64,000 nt of DNA, taken from NCBI GenBank assembly GCA_965208675.1, contig OZ242351.1, positions 3,424,001-3,488,000 on the forward strand. Reading direction: 5' to 3'. Position 1 is the first letter of the stretch; each line of letters begins with the position of its first letter. The notes below the pieces were generated by a model. That model saw only the letters and a list, made by a program, of their open reading frames with translations. It had not been told where the DNA came from and did no database searches. Both the position numbers and the translations under genes were made by a program. This document shows, one piece after another, positions 9,703 to 20,258 of this stretch. Source of the stretch: Candidatus Poribacteria bacterium. GTDB lineage: Bacteria; Poribacteria; WGA-4E; PCPOR2b.

Positions 9703-11624
9703 TCTCCATAGAATTGTTTGTTCAACGCCTTGTCTTCCTCGCTGATACCAAAGTCCTCATCGTCAATTTCGGAGAGATTGACATACAATTGGTTCTTGTC
9801 CAGCAGTTCCGCGAGTAGTTTCTTCTGCTTTTCCAGTCCATTTTCGGTTTGACCGATTGCGATGAAATCCTCTACGGCATCTTCCGGTGTTTCTTCGTTC
9901 GCGTACCAGTTAAGGAATGAGTTTTCGGCGATGTCCCGCCAGAGCGACACCAGTTCATCGGACGATTGTGCGGCTTGTATTTTATCCATGAAGGCTTGGT
10001 TGTACGGCATCAATTCGCAATAGGTGAAGTCGCCGTGATTGTTTTGCTCAATAACCTTCTTGATGCGCTCCCTGGTTATTGTTTCAACGTAGTGCATCTG
10101 CTCGCAAATAATGAATTTTCGTTTACCTCCGTCTTTGTTTAGTTCCAACACGGCGTGAGCAGTCGTACCGCTGCCACCGAAGAAATCTAAGATAATCGCG
10201 TCTTTATCATCGGCGACCATTGAATACAAGCAGTCATAGACATTCCAAAGAGATTTTGGAAATGCAAAATCACAGTCAGACACGAGTGATTTTACAATTT
10301 GAGTTCCGTAGACATTAGCATCGTACCGGCTATCTTCCCAAACAGTGCGGTATACGCCAAAATCCTTTCCGATTTCAATTTCATAACCTGTTTTCGTTTT
10401 CTTTGCTCTGAGTAGATGCCTAACTTCTTCCACGCTCTGCCGCGCATATCTCCATTTGCGTTCAATCATATTATGATCAATCGGGTACACAAAATCACTC
10501 GTCTCATGCGGGACTGTTTGTGAAAAGGGATGTTCATCGCTATTAAGGACATCCCCAAACCCAGCAATCTCGCCCTCCTCCACAATAATCGGATAAAAGC
10601 AATTCTTCGCATTTTCACGTTTTGATTCTCCGCCCCAATTTCTGAAGTTTGACCATGTGACTTCTTCTGGGGGAATCTTTCTATCGCCAATTACCTTTTC
10701 TCCTTGTGGAATAACAAAAAGTGCATACTCGTGAGTATATGAGAAATTTGTCCCTTGAACACCGCGAGGGTTGTGTACAATTGTAATACAGTGGATTTCA
10801 TACTCGCTAAATATCTCTTTGAGCAAGACCGCTAGATACGCCTGTTCATTTTCATCAATGGCTACAATGAGGGCACCGTCTTTAGTCAGCAATTCTTTCG
10901 CTACTTCCAGCCTATTCTTCATGAACGTCAGCCAAGATGAATGATTGAAATTATTATTGTAGACGAATGTATTCGACGGACTATCCGGGTTGTACGGCGG
11001 GTCGATGTAAATCAGTTTAACCCTACCGCGGAACTGGGTTTTGAGGGTGTGTAACGCTAATAGGTTGTTCCCCTTGATGAGCAGGTTTTCCCGAATTACG
11101 CCATTGACATCACGCTTGATTTCCTTTACATTTTGCTCGCCATCCACCGTGTAGCGTGTCCAACCGGTCTGCACCTTGGGGTCAAAAAGGCGGTCAATTT
11201 CGTCCCGCGCCAAGATTTCATTGAAAAATATTTCTCTTCGCTTTTCCTCCTCCTTTGTCTGTCCGCCCTCCAAAACGCAGTCTTTGTAAGGCCAAACTAG
11301 AGACACCTCAGCACGTTCCCTGAGAAATTTGTCCTCAATGTTCAAGCCGATTTTGTTGCGGAAGCGGGTGTAGGAATTGGCAAGGAAATTTTTGTCGGAG
11401 ATGTAGTCAATGAAGGTGACCGTATTGAATATCCAGTGTCCGTCAATCTCGTCAAAGAATTGGGATTTGATGTCGGGGTCACGCAGTAGCAATCTCACGA
11501 GGCCGTGGTCAATTTTCCGCGCTTGATTGATTACGGTCGCTTTGACTAATTCGCCTTCGTTGTCAACGAAACGGGGGTCGGTTTTGAGAAGGTTTGTTAG
11601 TTTTTCGTGAAAGTGATTTGACAT
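9699..11624 (-). CDS. mod: Type III restriction-modification methyltransferase (Mod)
   Basis: NLLIKGNNL, IYIDPPYN and ILDFFGGSGTT motifs in beta-class order. Confidence 0.92.
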   Translation of the reverse strand: MSNHFHEKLTNLLKTDPRFVDNEGELVKATVINQARKIDHGLVRLLLRDPDIKSQFFDEIDGHWIFNTVTFIDYISDKNFLANSYTRFRNKIGLNIEDKFLRERAEVSLVWPYKDCVLEGGQTKEEEKRREIFFNEILARDEIDRLFDPKVQTGWTRYTVDGEQNVKEIKRDVNGVIRENLLIKGNNLLALHTLKTQFRGRVKLIYIDPPYNPDSPSNTFVYNNNFNHSSWLTFMKNRLEVAKELLTKDGALIVAIDENEQAYLAVLLKEIFSEYEIHCITIVHNPRGVQGTNFSYTHEYALFVIPQGEKVIGDRKIPPEEVTWSNFRNWGGESKRENAKNCFYPIIVEEGEIAGFGDVLNSDEHPFSQTVPHETSDFVYPIDHNMIERKWRYARQSVEEVRHLLRAKKTKTGYEIEIGKDFGVYRTVWEDSRYDANVYGTQIVKSLVSDCDFAFPKSLWNVYDCLYSMVADDKDAIILDFFGGSGTTAHAVLELNKDGGKRKFIICEQMHYVETITRERIKKVIEQNNHGDFTYCELMPYNQAFMDKIQAAQSSDELVSLWRDIAENSFLNWYANEETPEDAVEDFIAIGQTENGLEKQKKLLAELLDKNQLYVNLSEIDDEDFGISEEDKALNKQFYGE

Positions 11625-11682
11625 GTTGAGGCTCCTGCGGCGTCGTCATGGTTGATGTCTATTCATGAGATTTCACGTTGCT

Positions 11683-12441
11683 CTATTTAGGCGGAGTGTG
11701 TTTCATAATTGTGCGTTCTATTAAATTTATCAATCGATTCATCAGCTCATGAGGATTTGTCTGCTTGAAAGCGATTTCGTGCAGTGTAGAAGTATTATAC
11801 CGAGTACCGCGTCCGGGGGCGTTTAGAAAACGAAGCAGTATTTGGAAAAGTGATTTTCCTCGGAGTTGTAGTTTGTACCCGTCCCTTATTCGGTGATAGA
11901 GTTCATTTCCAGGAGGGCGAAATCCACGTTGTGTTCGGAATTCGAGATCCATTTCGGTCACTCCAATCGGGACAATCTCGTTGCAGTGTTTATTTACTTG
12001 CGCCTCCCTTCCCGCCAAATGCTCTTCGACTTCAAAAGAAAACCACTTGATTAATGAAGCCAATACCTGTTGGTGTTCCCTAGCTTCATCGGATTCAAGC
12101 TGGTTTTCCAAATCGGCACCTGCATACAGGTCATTCTCAATGCTATACCCTTGTGTCCAAATGATACCGTGATAGTGTGTCGGAATTCCGGAGAACAGCC
12201 ACATATCTCTATCCGCGACGAAAGCGACGGGCAAATGAGCATATTCATTTCTTCTTTTATAAACCGCTAGGAGCATGTCTCTCCCGCCCACAGGCAGTAC
12301 ATTTGCGTTTCGTGTGCCGATACGCGCTTCTACCCACCGATAGATTCGCTCATCCTCTTTGCCTTCAACAATAACTGTTGGGAGTTGAGAGCGACGAAGT
12401 GTCGCTACTAACTCGTTTTCTGTGGGATAATGCGCTGGCAT
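11683..12441 (-). CDS. DUF4435 TOPRIM-like protein (PARIS AriB-like)
   Basis: VIVEGKED, VGGR, FVADRD, YSIENDL and RGK motifs; TAATG coupling to the upstream ATPase. Confidence 0.75.
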   Translation of the reverse strand: MPAHYPTENELVATLRRSQLPTVIVEGKEDERIYRWVEARIGTRNANVLPVGGRDMLLAVYKRRNEYAHLPVAFVADRDMWLFSGIPTHYHGIIWTQGYSIENDLYAGADLENQLESDEAREHQQVLASLIKWFSFEVEEHLAGREAQVNKHCNEIVPIGVTEMDLEFRTQRGFRPPGNELYHRIRDGYKLQLRGKSLFQILLRFLNAPGRGTRYNTSTLHEIAFKQTNPHELMNRLINLIERTIMKHTPPK

Positions 12442-13589
12442 TACTCTCCTCCGCGATCTTTCCCCAAGAGGACTTCTTTTTCAGGAAATTTAGTATAAAT
12501 AAAGGGCGAATGTGTAGCAACGAAAAACTGATTTTTTGTTTCCTGTTCAAGTAAGGTGGGCAATAGAAGTCTTTGCCAATCGACGTGGAGACTTAACTCC
12601 GGCTCGTCAATGAAAATTGCTGTATTTTCGTTAAAAGTGTTGTAGCACAAAAAACTGAGCATCTGTTTTTCTCCAGAGGAAAGTTTGTTAGAGTTGATTG
12701 CCTCCTTTGTCTCTCCAAATGCAACCGTCTTTGTAACGCAAATTCCCTTCTGGTAAAAAATTTCAAGAATCCGTTCGCGCAACACTACAAACGGTTTACG
12801 TAACGCCTCTCTCTCATTGGTAACCTGATTAACCCGATTTTGTATACCTGCTAATACGGGAGTGGCATCGTCAAGTGGCTTCGTTTTGGAAATTTTGCGT
12901 GTAATGTCTTCCGACAACTTCGTATGAAGCGCGTCCGTCTTTTCAGAAATTTCGGTGTATTTCTCTGTCAGCAGGTCGGCAATATCATGAGTTGAAATTG
13001 AAGCAATGAACCTATGGTCATCAGACGCTGACATTTCAATTGATAGTCGTGACATCGCTTCTTGAAGCATCTCTGCTAAATTATTCACAGGGTTGTCTCG
13101 TCTCCGGTTGGTCAAATCTTCAGTACGAGTATATCTGCGGGCGGAATCATCAGTGGGAATGTGCCTGAGACTCCTAGCAAAACCTCCTTCTATTCTTCTA
13201 AACGATGGAAAGAATAAGCTGTTCATCCTATGGGAGGTTTGTTCATTTATCTCCTCTATCTGTTTATGAATTACGGTCTGCAATGGTGTCTTAAAATCTA
13301 CATCCACATTACCCTCATTAACGAACTCACATCTAAGCTTACCTACGCCAGATTCAAATTGAGTAATGGACAGAGTAAACGAGGAAGTTTCAATTACGAC
13401 AGACTGAAGCGGAATGTCAGAAACTATCTGTCCGATATTTCCACTGATTAAATACCAAATTAGTTTCAGCAACGTTGTCTTGCCCGAGCCGTTTCGCCCA
13501 GTGATGATGTTCAAGTCTTCGTTGAACTCCCAAGCACCATCAATACGGGTATTCAGTCCCTTTACTTCAAGTTTTCGGATCATGTGCAT
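12441..13589 (-). CDS. ABC/AAA_21 ATPase (PARIS AriA-like)
   Basis: Walker A GRNGSGKT, signature LSSGEKQ, Walker B IFIDEPELSLH, H-loop ATHSP. Confidence 0.85.
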   Translation of the reverse strand: MHMIRKLEVKGLNTRIDGAWEFNEDLNIITGRNGSGKTTLLKLIWYLISGNIGQIVSDIPLQSVVIETSSFTLSITQFESGVGKLRCEFVNEGNVDVDFKTPLQTVIHKQIEEINEQTSHRMNSLFFPSFRRIEGGFARSLRHIPTDDSARRYTRTEDLTNRRRDNPVNNLAEMLQEAMSRLSIEMSASDDHRFIASISTHDIADLLTEKYTEISEKTDALHTKLSEDITRKISKTKPLDDATPVLAGIQNRVNQVTNEREALRKPFVVLRERILEIFYQKGICVTKTVAFGETKEAINSNKLSSGEKQMLSFLCYNTFNENTAIFIDEPELSLHVDWQRLLLPTLLEQETKNQFFVATHSPFIYTKFPEKEVLLGKDRGGE

Positions 13590-13942
13590 GTATTTCCTTT
13601 CTTTGAGCGGTCAGGACGATTGGCGGGATTCGCCAAAAACAATGATATACCCCAAACCCGTCATTTGTCAATTGCTATTGGCGCATGTAGGAAGAAAGTG
13701 CTAAACGAATAGAGTAAGTGTTGGCTTTCGGTGCAAACTGGAAGAAACTATTGGTTACCCTATTTAGTCGGTTGATCGCTCTACCTAACCTACAAGACTT
13801 CTCAGTATGCAACGCAGTATTCCCAGTACGGCGGTAGAGACGTTCTCTCGATCCCCTCTCCGCAAACTTAATATTACCCGCATCTCAATGAGATCGAATC
13901 ACGCTTTCCTAGAAACATTGATTTATCGCAAATGTCCACATT

Positions 13943-14068
13943 CCGCTCCGCTGGAGCGGGTATGGGGCGGACATGTCTCGGCTATAGACATAGCACTCCG
14001 CAGGAGTGCGCGGCATTGTTACCTATTTAGGCGTTTGCAGTTAGAAGGGTTTCGCTCCAGCGGAGCGG
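13943..14068. repeat. Cluster of short palindromic repeats (CGCTCCGCTGGAGCG type)
   Basis: ccgctccgctggagcgg, gcactccgcaggagtgc and cgctccagcggagcg. Confidence 0.55.
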
Positions 14069-14099
14069 CATGTTTCTTGGCAAGGGGAGGGTTTTGGGC

Positions 14100-16685
14100 T
14101 TACAGGTGTTCGTTTTTTTGCAAGGCGGACCCAAGGCACTCCCGGAACGGGGTTTCATCTTGGTTGTTGTAGAATGGGACGCCAAGCAGTCTGTATGATT
14201 GCGTTCCGCTACGGGTCTCAAAATCGAGCGTTTTGCCGTCGAATTTTTCTTTTATTTGTTTCAGGAAATCGGCTTTCCATTGGTCGTGTTCTTGCAAGTG
14301 CTTTCCTTTCGGTTCGATAATTATCTGATAGGTGAGGGTGGTTCCGCTTTTTTCACGCAGGTACAGCACGAAATCGGGTTCAAATGCCTGTCCGTCGTCG
14401 AAGTTGTAAATTTTGAAATGCCTTTCGTTTCGGATAAGATATATTCCGTCGTATTTTTCCTTTAGCCAGTGTGTCTGCGCGTCGAGCATTCGGACAAACG
14501 CCTTTTCCTCGCTGGTGCCGTAGTTGGCGTTGTACACATACCAATCCCTATTTGAGACCAAAGCCTCGTCCCCATCCGCCCGTTCGCTGCCTTCAACCAA
14601 TTTTAGGGTTTTGTCGGTGAATATTGAACTGATGCTGTTCGGCGCGAACGTCGATGTGCCCTTGTATTCGGTTGTGTTTTGACGCAACTCAACCGTAATT
14701 CGGTTAAGGAGATCCGTCATGGCGTCGAGTTGGGCGCGGTTGGATAGAGGCATCAACTCAGAAGGCTCGCCTTGGAACGTGATTGACATCCCACCCAGGT
14801 ACTCATCCGATTCGATGAATTGACGGACGGATTTCAGGTGTGGAAAATATCTTTGCAAGGTGTTGAAGACAAAGAAGGGATTCCTCGCCACCGCGCTTCG
14901 CACTATATGGAACGGTATGGCTTTCACCTGCACATTTCTGCGATTTGCTTCTGCAATCTGCTGCACCTCGCTGCTGCCCGTCAGAATTGCCTCAGATACG
15001 CCTTTGCCAGTGGGGATTGAATACTCGAATCTCTGTGAGGACACACCGATATCGGCAAATGAGCGGACATCCTCATTTCTGTTCACAACCCGTTCATTGA
15101 TGTAGATAACGCCACGCTTGTAGAGATCGGATTCCTTAAAAGAAGATTTCATTTCAAGCGACTTGTCTACAGCTTTTTCGTCAAGGATTCCTTCGTTAAT
15201 TAGTGCGGTGCGAATCTCCGAGATATATCTAGGTTCGTTCTCGCTGTGATAGTGCAACTCCTCCAACACGCGGAGTTCCGCCGTTAGGTCATTATCGAAT
15301 TTTCGCCGGTATCGGTCGGGATTGCCGTCGGCGGCGAAAGGGAAGTAACGCGCCCCGCGTCCAATCAGTTGCGCTTCGGACATCGTGGTTTTTCCGATTT
15401 TGCTTTTTCCGGAATCTCGCCCTTCGTAACACCGAACGATATCGAAAAGGTTTAGAACGTCCCACCCTTCGTTCAGTTTATGGACAGCGAAGATGGCGCG
15501 GATGCGGTTGTCGGGGTTTTCGAGGGTGTTGACCAGAAGTTGATAGTTCTCTTTCTCTGTTTCATCGTTGACCGAGAGGCAGTATTCCTCACGAAATTCC
15601 CGTTTTATGCGCTCCGCCAGCCCTTCATCGGTGATGTTGTTCGCGTCGAAGAATTGAAATGCCCGTTGAACCAGCGGAATATTCGATCGGCGAATATTGG
15701 CAATGTGCGCTCCCGTGAGATTATCAATGAGTTTATGAAATTCGGCTTTGTTGGTTTTCGACTGCTCAATGGTGCGTTTCGCCTTGAACAGAATTACCGG
15801 TTTGAGGTTTATCTGATGTTTTGCCGCGACCTCCCGCTTGTATTGGTTGAGAATCAATGCCTGAATGGTGCGGTCTTTTTCTTCAAATTCTGATCGAACG
15901 ATATAGACATCCTTGGAGAAGCGGTCATTCCGGAATTCACGTAAGTCATACTTGAACAATACCTTGTTGCGGTATTTATCAACAATGTCTTTGTGGGTGT
16001 AGTCTAGGGTAGCGGTAAATTCCAGGAGCAAATTGTCTAGATTTTGACGAAAGATTCGCTCCACCGTATGTTCCCAGCTTTCTAACAGTTCACGACCGGC
16101 TTTGGTGCTGGTGTTGATGTGATGCGCCTCGTCAGCCAGAAGGACTATCTTTTTGTCTCGGAAATCCTCATAGGTTAAAGCATTTTCCTTCGCGGTTGTC
16201 AAATCGGCATGCAATTTTTGGATGGTAGTGAAGCAGATGTTGATGTCGTTTTGGTTGGCGCCTTCGAAATTGGCGACCGGTGTCACGGGGACGCGAGCCG
16301 ATTTGAAGTGAATGGGTTCGTCAAACAGGTATTTGGAAGACAAAGGATTAAGGAAGTTGTCCTTTGTCTTTTCGATGATGTTGGTGGAGTTGACAAAGAA
16401 TAGGAAGTTTCGATAGCCTTTCTCGTAAAGGTATAGAATCAAGCCCGCCATAATGAGAGTTTTGCCGCTGCCAGTCGCCATGTTGAAAAGGAGATGGAGG
16501 GGCGTTTCTTTTCCCGGGAATTCGCTGTCAAGACAGTGAAAAAAGCGGGCGAAGGCTTCTATCTGATAAGGGCGGAGGTCAAACGCCGAGTTCAGATTGT
16601 CACTGAGATAATCTGGGATTTCCTTTTTTAGAAAGCCCATTTGGGAAACAGAATCGAGCGTTTCGTATAAAAACTTGTCAGGCAT
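14100..16685 (-). CDS. res: Type III restriction endonuclease (Res), SF2 helicase plus PD-(D/E)xK nuclease
   Basis: MATGSGKT, DEAHH, FTAT, LNEGWDV, QLIGRGAR and C-terminal FEPDF...IEPKG motifs. Confidence 0.92.
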   Translation of the reverse strand: MPDKFLYETLDSVSQMGFLKKEIPDYLSDNLNSAFDLRPYQIEAFARFFHCLDSEFPGKETPLHLLFNMATGSGKTLIMAGLILYLYEKGYRNFLFFVNSTNIIEKTKDNFLNPLSSKYLFDEPIHFKSARVPVTPVANFEGANQNDINICFTTIQKLHADLTTAKENALTYEDFRDKKIVLLADEAHHINTSTKAGRELLESWEHTVERIFRQNLDNLLLEFTATLDYTHKDIVDKYRNKVLFKYDLREFRNDRFSKDVYIVRSEFEEKDRTIQALILNQYKREVAAKHQINLKPVILFKAKRTIEQSKTNKAEFHKLIDNLTGAHIANIRRSNIPLVQRAFQFFDANNITDEGLAERIKREFREEYCLSVNDETEKENYQLLVNTLENPDNRIRAIFAVHKLNEGWDVLNLFDIVRCYEGRDSGKSKIGKTTMSEAQLIGRGARYFPFAADGNPDRYRRKFDNDLTAELRVLEELHYHSENEPRYISEIRTALINEGILDEKAVDKSLEMKSSFKESDLYKRGVIYINERVVNRNEDVRSFADIGVSSQRFEYSIPTGKGVSEAILTGSSEVQQIAEANRRNVQVKAIPFHIVRSAVARNPFFVFNTLQRYFPHLKSVRQFIESDEYLGGMSITFQGEPSELMPLSNRAQLDAMTDLLNRITVELRQNTTEYKGTSTFAPNSISSIFTDKTLKLVEGSERADGDEALVSNRDWYVYNANYGTSEEKAFVRMLDAQTHWLKEKYDGIYLIRNERHFKIYNFDDGQAFEPDFVLYLREKSGTTLTYQIIIEPKGKHLQEHDQWKADFLKQIKEKFDGKTLDFETRSGTQSYRLLGVPFYNNQDETPFRECLGSALQKNEHL

Positions 16686-16903
16686 TATACATCTCTCTGA
16701 GAAAAAGATAAGCGTTGGGTTTCAGAGAAGAGACTATCGCCCTCCCTGTTCGGTCGGTTGATCCTTCGCTATTTGCTTAGTTGATCGTTGGGTTTCGCGT
16801 GCGCGCTCTACCCAACCTACAAAAGCTATTAAACACCATAAATACATTGAACTCTCGGTTGTGCGGCCTACGTTAAATGTCCCCGCTCCCGCCACAAGAT
16901 GGG

Positions 16904-17104
16904 TTATGAACGGTAGCGCGGCGTAAACACATATTCTCCGCAGTTCTTGCACCTCCTACGATGTTTTGGCGCATTATCCCAATCGTGACCGCCCCGCCAT
17001 GTCCTGCACGACGGATGGCGCACATAGAGATTCTCAAGTAAAAAAGGCACGCCGCCGACTACCAGCGCCAAAACAAACAACCAAAAGAAAATCTCAAATT
17101 GCAT
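16904..17104 (-). CDS. Small membrane-anchored Cys/His protein
   Basis: N-terminal TM helix, then C..W.GGHDW..RCKNCG; GAGG RBS. Confidence 0.5.
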   Translation of the reverse strand: MQFEIFFWLFVLALVVGGVPFLLENLYVRHPSCRTWRGGHDWDNAPKHRRRCKNCGEYVFTPRYRS

Positions 17105-17125
17105 TTCAATTACCTCGCATGCTTT

Positions 17126-17416
17126 CTAGATCGGACACGGGATTTCAATCAATTCACTGTTTATAGCAGAGAGGCGGTTGTGAATACGATCTATGTCAAA
17201 GCGGCACAGAGGTGTGACGGTGCGTTTGAGCTTCTTTGGTTCTGTTTCAGAAAGTCTTTCAGATATGTCATTGAGAGAGGGGGCAATCTCCATTATGTCT
17301 CTAAGCACGGTGGTTATATTTAGAAAATCATGTGTTTGTGCCTCCAGTGCATCAAGAGCCGCACTAATGAGTTTACGGTGCGCTTCCACATCTGTAATAT
17401 CAGGAGGCTTTGGCAT
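17126..17416 (-). CDS. Small helical hypothetical protein (96 aa)
   Basis: Likely start MPKPPDIT at 17416, preceded by AAGGA. Confidence 0.5.
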   Translation of the reverse strand: MPKPPDITDVEAHRKLISAALDALEAQTHDFLNITTVLRDIMEIAPSLNDISERLSETEPKKLKRTVTPLCRFDIDRIHNRLSAINSELIEIPCPI

Positions 17417-17627
17417 ACCAATTTCCTTTTGTGGACGAGGACAGACTTTACTTGCCGCCATTCTTTGGACAGGAAAAAAATGAGATTTTGGGTGCAAAAC
17501 GTTGGCTATTTGGTCAGATTTGAAATACCTGTATTTTTTGGTAATATACCTGATGTGGTGTTTGAAAGTCAAGCGATAGGAAAATACTTGTAGGTTGGGT
17601 TGATTCGGCGGGAAATGCAAAATATAA

Positions 17628-18045
17628 CCTCCCCTAACCCCTCCTTAGTAAGGAGGGGAATAAAGATTGTATGAACCGCAATCGTACTCCTCCCTTAAGT
17701 CCTTCGTAGTAAGCTTACTATTATCCACAAGTCCGCAAGGTCGGATAGTGTACGGGTTTTCTACCCTCATTCTTGACGTAACCATGCTGCGAAGCGCCTG
17801 TGGGAAGGGTTTCCTAGCCCTGATTATCGGGACAGGGATGTCCCTCCCACAGTTTACATCATACCGAAATGAGCAATCATTCTTAGCCCCAACATAGACG
17901 GCATCTAACTCCAGAGATTTGTGGGTAATAGTAAGCCTTAGTAAGGAGGGGAATATAGATTGTATGAACCGCAATCGTACTCCTCCCTTAACCGCTCCTT
18001 GGCAAGGCGGGGAATTTTGATTGTATGAACCGCTATGGTACTCCT
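17628..18045. repeat. 61-bp tandem hairpin repeat; unit 2 interrupted by a ~224-bp MITE-like insert
   Basis: Units start at 17628, 17689 and 17982. Insert 17713-17936 has 21-bp inverted ends (2 mismatches) and an internal REP pair. Confidence 0.7.
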
Positions 18046-18170
18046 TAATACAGTCGCTTGAATCCAACACAAACTACAAAGGTTTGATGTACAGATGTGT
18101 TTCTGTGTATAATATTAGCATCTTATTCCGCGACTTACACACCACCACTAATCAGATAATGGAGGACATC

Positions 18171-18992
18171 ATGAAATACGTACTTGCGTTGTTGCTATGT
18201 GTTGTATTGATTGTGGGCTGCGGGGATGAGAATAACATGCCCGTCATTGAGAACATCCATGCTCCCGACGAGGTTCGCGCGGGCGCGCGCATAGAGTTTG
18301 AAGCTACGGTTGCCGATGAAGATGGCGATACCCTGGTTTACAAATGGGAAGGTCCCGGGTTTTTTAGTTCGGAGACCACACCGACGACAATGTGGACTGC
18401 GCCGGTTGAGACAGGGGTTGCAACCGTTACATTCACGGTAGACGACGGTATTAACAGAGTAGCGACAACTTCGATTGAAGTAAACGTCATCCATGTATTG
18501 ATTGTGCCCGGGCGAGAGGCTGCCGGTATTCGGTTAGGAGACGAATATGATACGGTGAAGGCATTGTACGGCGAACCGGACAGCTTTGACCACAGCCATT
18601 TTTCGTATTGGAATCAGGGCCACGGTTTTTCCGGCTTTGTTGACGGCATCGGTTTGGTGGAAAGTCTATTTCTCAGCAGCCCAAATACTTCCAAGACTGC
18701 CGGCGGCAATGGTATCGGAAGTTCTCTCAGCAGTATAGAGGGCGAATTTGGTGCGGCGGAAGAAATCAATGATGACGAATTCGATGAAGGCGACGATCAC
18801 TGGTATTGGACAATGGGAATTCAGTTTGATTATGATGCCGGTTCTAATGTAGAAAGGATTTTCGTCTTTAAGCCGCACATTAATTTCGCCGGGGCACCGG
18901 TACAATACGGCGATGTAACGATACAACAAGAACAGATTCTCCAGAACAAGGCGGCGTTTGAGGCATTTTCCGGAACAGCGTTGAGACGATAA
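18171..18992 (+). CDS. Lipoprotein with a PKD/Ig-like domain
   Basis: MKYVLALLLCVVLIVGC lipobox, DEDGDTLVYKW...WTAP PKD motif, GGAGG RBS. Confidence 0.8.
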   Translation: MKYVLALLLCVVLIVGCGDENNMPVIENIHAPDEVRAGARIEFEATVADEDGDTLVYKWEGPGFFSSETTPTTMWTAPVETGVATVTFTVDDGINRVATTSIEVNVIHVLIVPGREAAGIRLGDEYDTVKALYGEPDSFDHSHFSYWNQGHGFSGFVDGIGLVESLFLSSPNTSKTAGGNGIGSSLSSIEGEFGAAEEINDDEFDEGDDHWYWTMGIQFDYDAGSNVERIFVFKPHINFAGAPVQYGDVTIQQEQILQNKAAFEAFSGTALRR

Positions 18993-19276
18993 CGGCAATA
19001 GCGAGCGCATCTACGGAGATAGCTTCCCGCTCAAACTCGACCTAACCTTGAAAGTAAATTTGTTTCGTGACGCTATTCCAAGTTGGGTGTAATTACCCCC
19101 GCTAACTCCCCCTTATAAAAGGGGAGGATTTTACCAGAGAAGACTATCACACTCCCTATTCGTTCGATTTGTTCCGCGTTAGTCAATCAGTTGCTCCTTT
19201 GGCAAACTGGAGAATTTTGAATATCTTGGCTTGACTCAAGTTTTCAATGGTAAGGGCGGATTAAAAATACTCCCCT

Positions 19277-19605
19277 TCATTTCATGGTATAAGCTCTATT
19301 GTGTGGACCAACTGTCAAGAAAACAACGGTCGCATCTTCTCTGTGCTCGCAGAAGCAGTATTGGCACTCCCTGATGTGCTGACATTCTTCGCAGATTACG
19401 AAATCACGCGAAAATTCCTGTCCACCCGAGCACTTCGGCAGCCGCGCAAATCCAGTCCGCCAGCAACTTGCCCAAGCCGCTCTGTGTTGGCATAGGGGGC
19501 TCTAACGATCTTTTCAACGCTTCGTTGTATACGTTGACGTAAATTTGAGTAGCGAGCGAGGTTTCGGGCAAATCTGCGCTCATAGAATGCTTGGTATTCA
19601 TTCAT
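19277..19605 (-). pseudogene. RelE/ParE-family toxin with a Cys-rich insert, frameshifted near 19402
   Basis: The ORF stops at RVIS*. Adding one T restores RVIFVICEECQHIRECQYCFCEH..TVVFLTVGPHNRAYTMK*. Confidence 0.7.
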
Positions 19606-19828
19606 TCCAAACTTCTTCGTGGGTATGAAATTTCAACTGATTTGTTTTTTTTCGTTCAAGGATATCTTCCATATCTTTATGAAGTGGAGATTCCTTACCA
19701 AGGCTAAAGAAATCCTGTGAAGCAAACTGCATGAGTTCTTCACGAACTACTTTACGGATTATTACTTCCAACTGCTCAACGGTCAGTGTAATTTTCGTAT
19801 GTTGTGTTGTCGTTACATCGTCGGTCAT
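19598..19828 (-). CDS. Antitoxin of the RelE-type TA pair
   Basis: 76 aa, overlaps the toxin start, ends in HEEVW, GGAGG RBS. Confidence 0.7.
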   Translation of the reverse strand: MTDDVTTTQHTKITLTVEQLEVIIRKVVREELMQFASQDFFSLGKESPLHKDMEDILERKKTNQLKFHTHEEVWNE

Positions 19829-20258
19829 TTTGACTATCCTCCTTCAATAGCAGTAACGTATTTCTTTCTAGCACGAAATATTCACACTTTCCGCCCCATG
19901 GACGAGTTTAAAATTACCCCCAAAACCTATAGTTTGTCAAATGATATTGTTTCATGAGGAACAACATCGCATCGAAAATGAGCAAGTGTTGGTTTTGGGA
20001 TTAAACGTGTGATGACTATCGCGCTCCCTATTTGGTCGGTTGATCTCTACCCAACCAACAAAAACCTGACCCCCTCTAACTCCCCCTTATCAAGGGGGAG
20101 AATTTTACTTGAGAAGACTATCGCCCTCCCTATTCGTTCGGTAGATCTTTCGTTATTCGCTCGGTTGAATCCAATCAACGAAAACTAGGGATAGGATTCA
20201 AGTTTAAGAAACCGAGATTTCAAGAAAAATCTCGGTTTCGGCGGGGGTTGCCGCCTGG

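Noticed and set aside
16731-16786. 33-bp dispersed motif as a group II intron 3' end or a sequencing adapter
   Set aside because: No domain V upstream; the copies are too divergent and do not match the common adapters I know. Kept as an unexplained finding instead.
16734-16952. ORFs containing FVGWVER or similar (also 5852..6082, 45335..45610, 49270..49575)
   Set aside because: They are translations of REP-like repeats, not credible genes.
17628-18045. Possible CRISPR array, and ORF 17645..18070
   Set aside because: The sequences between hairpins are near-identical, and the ORF is just translated repeat.
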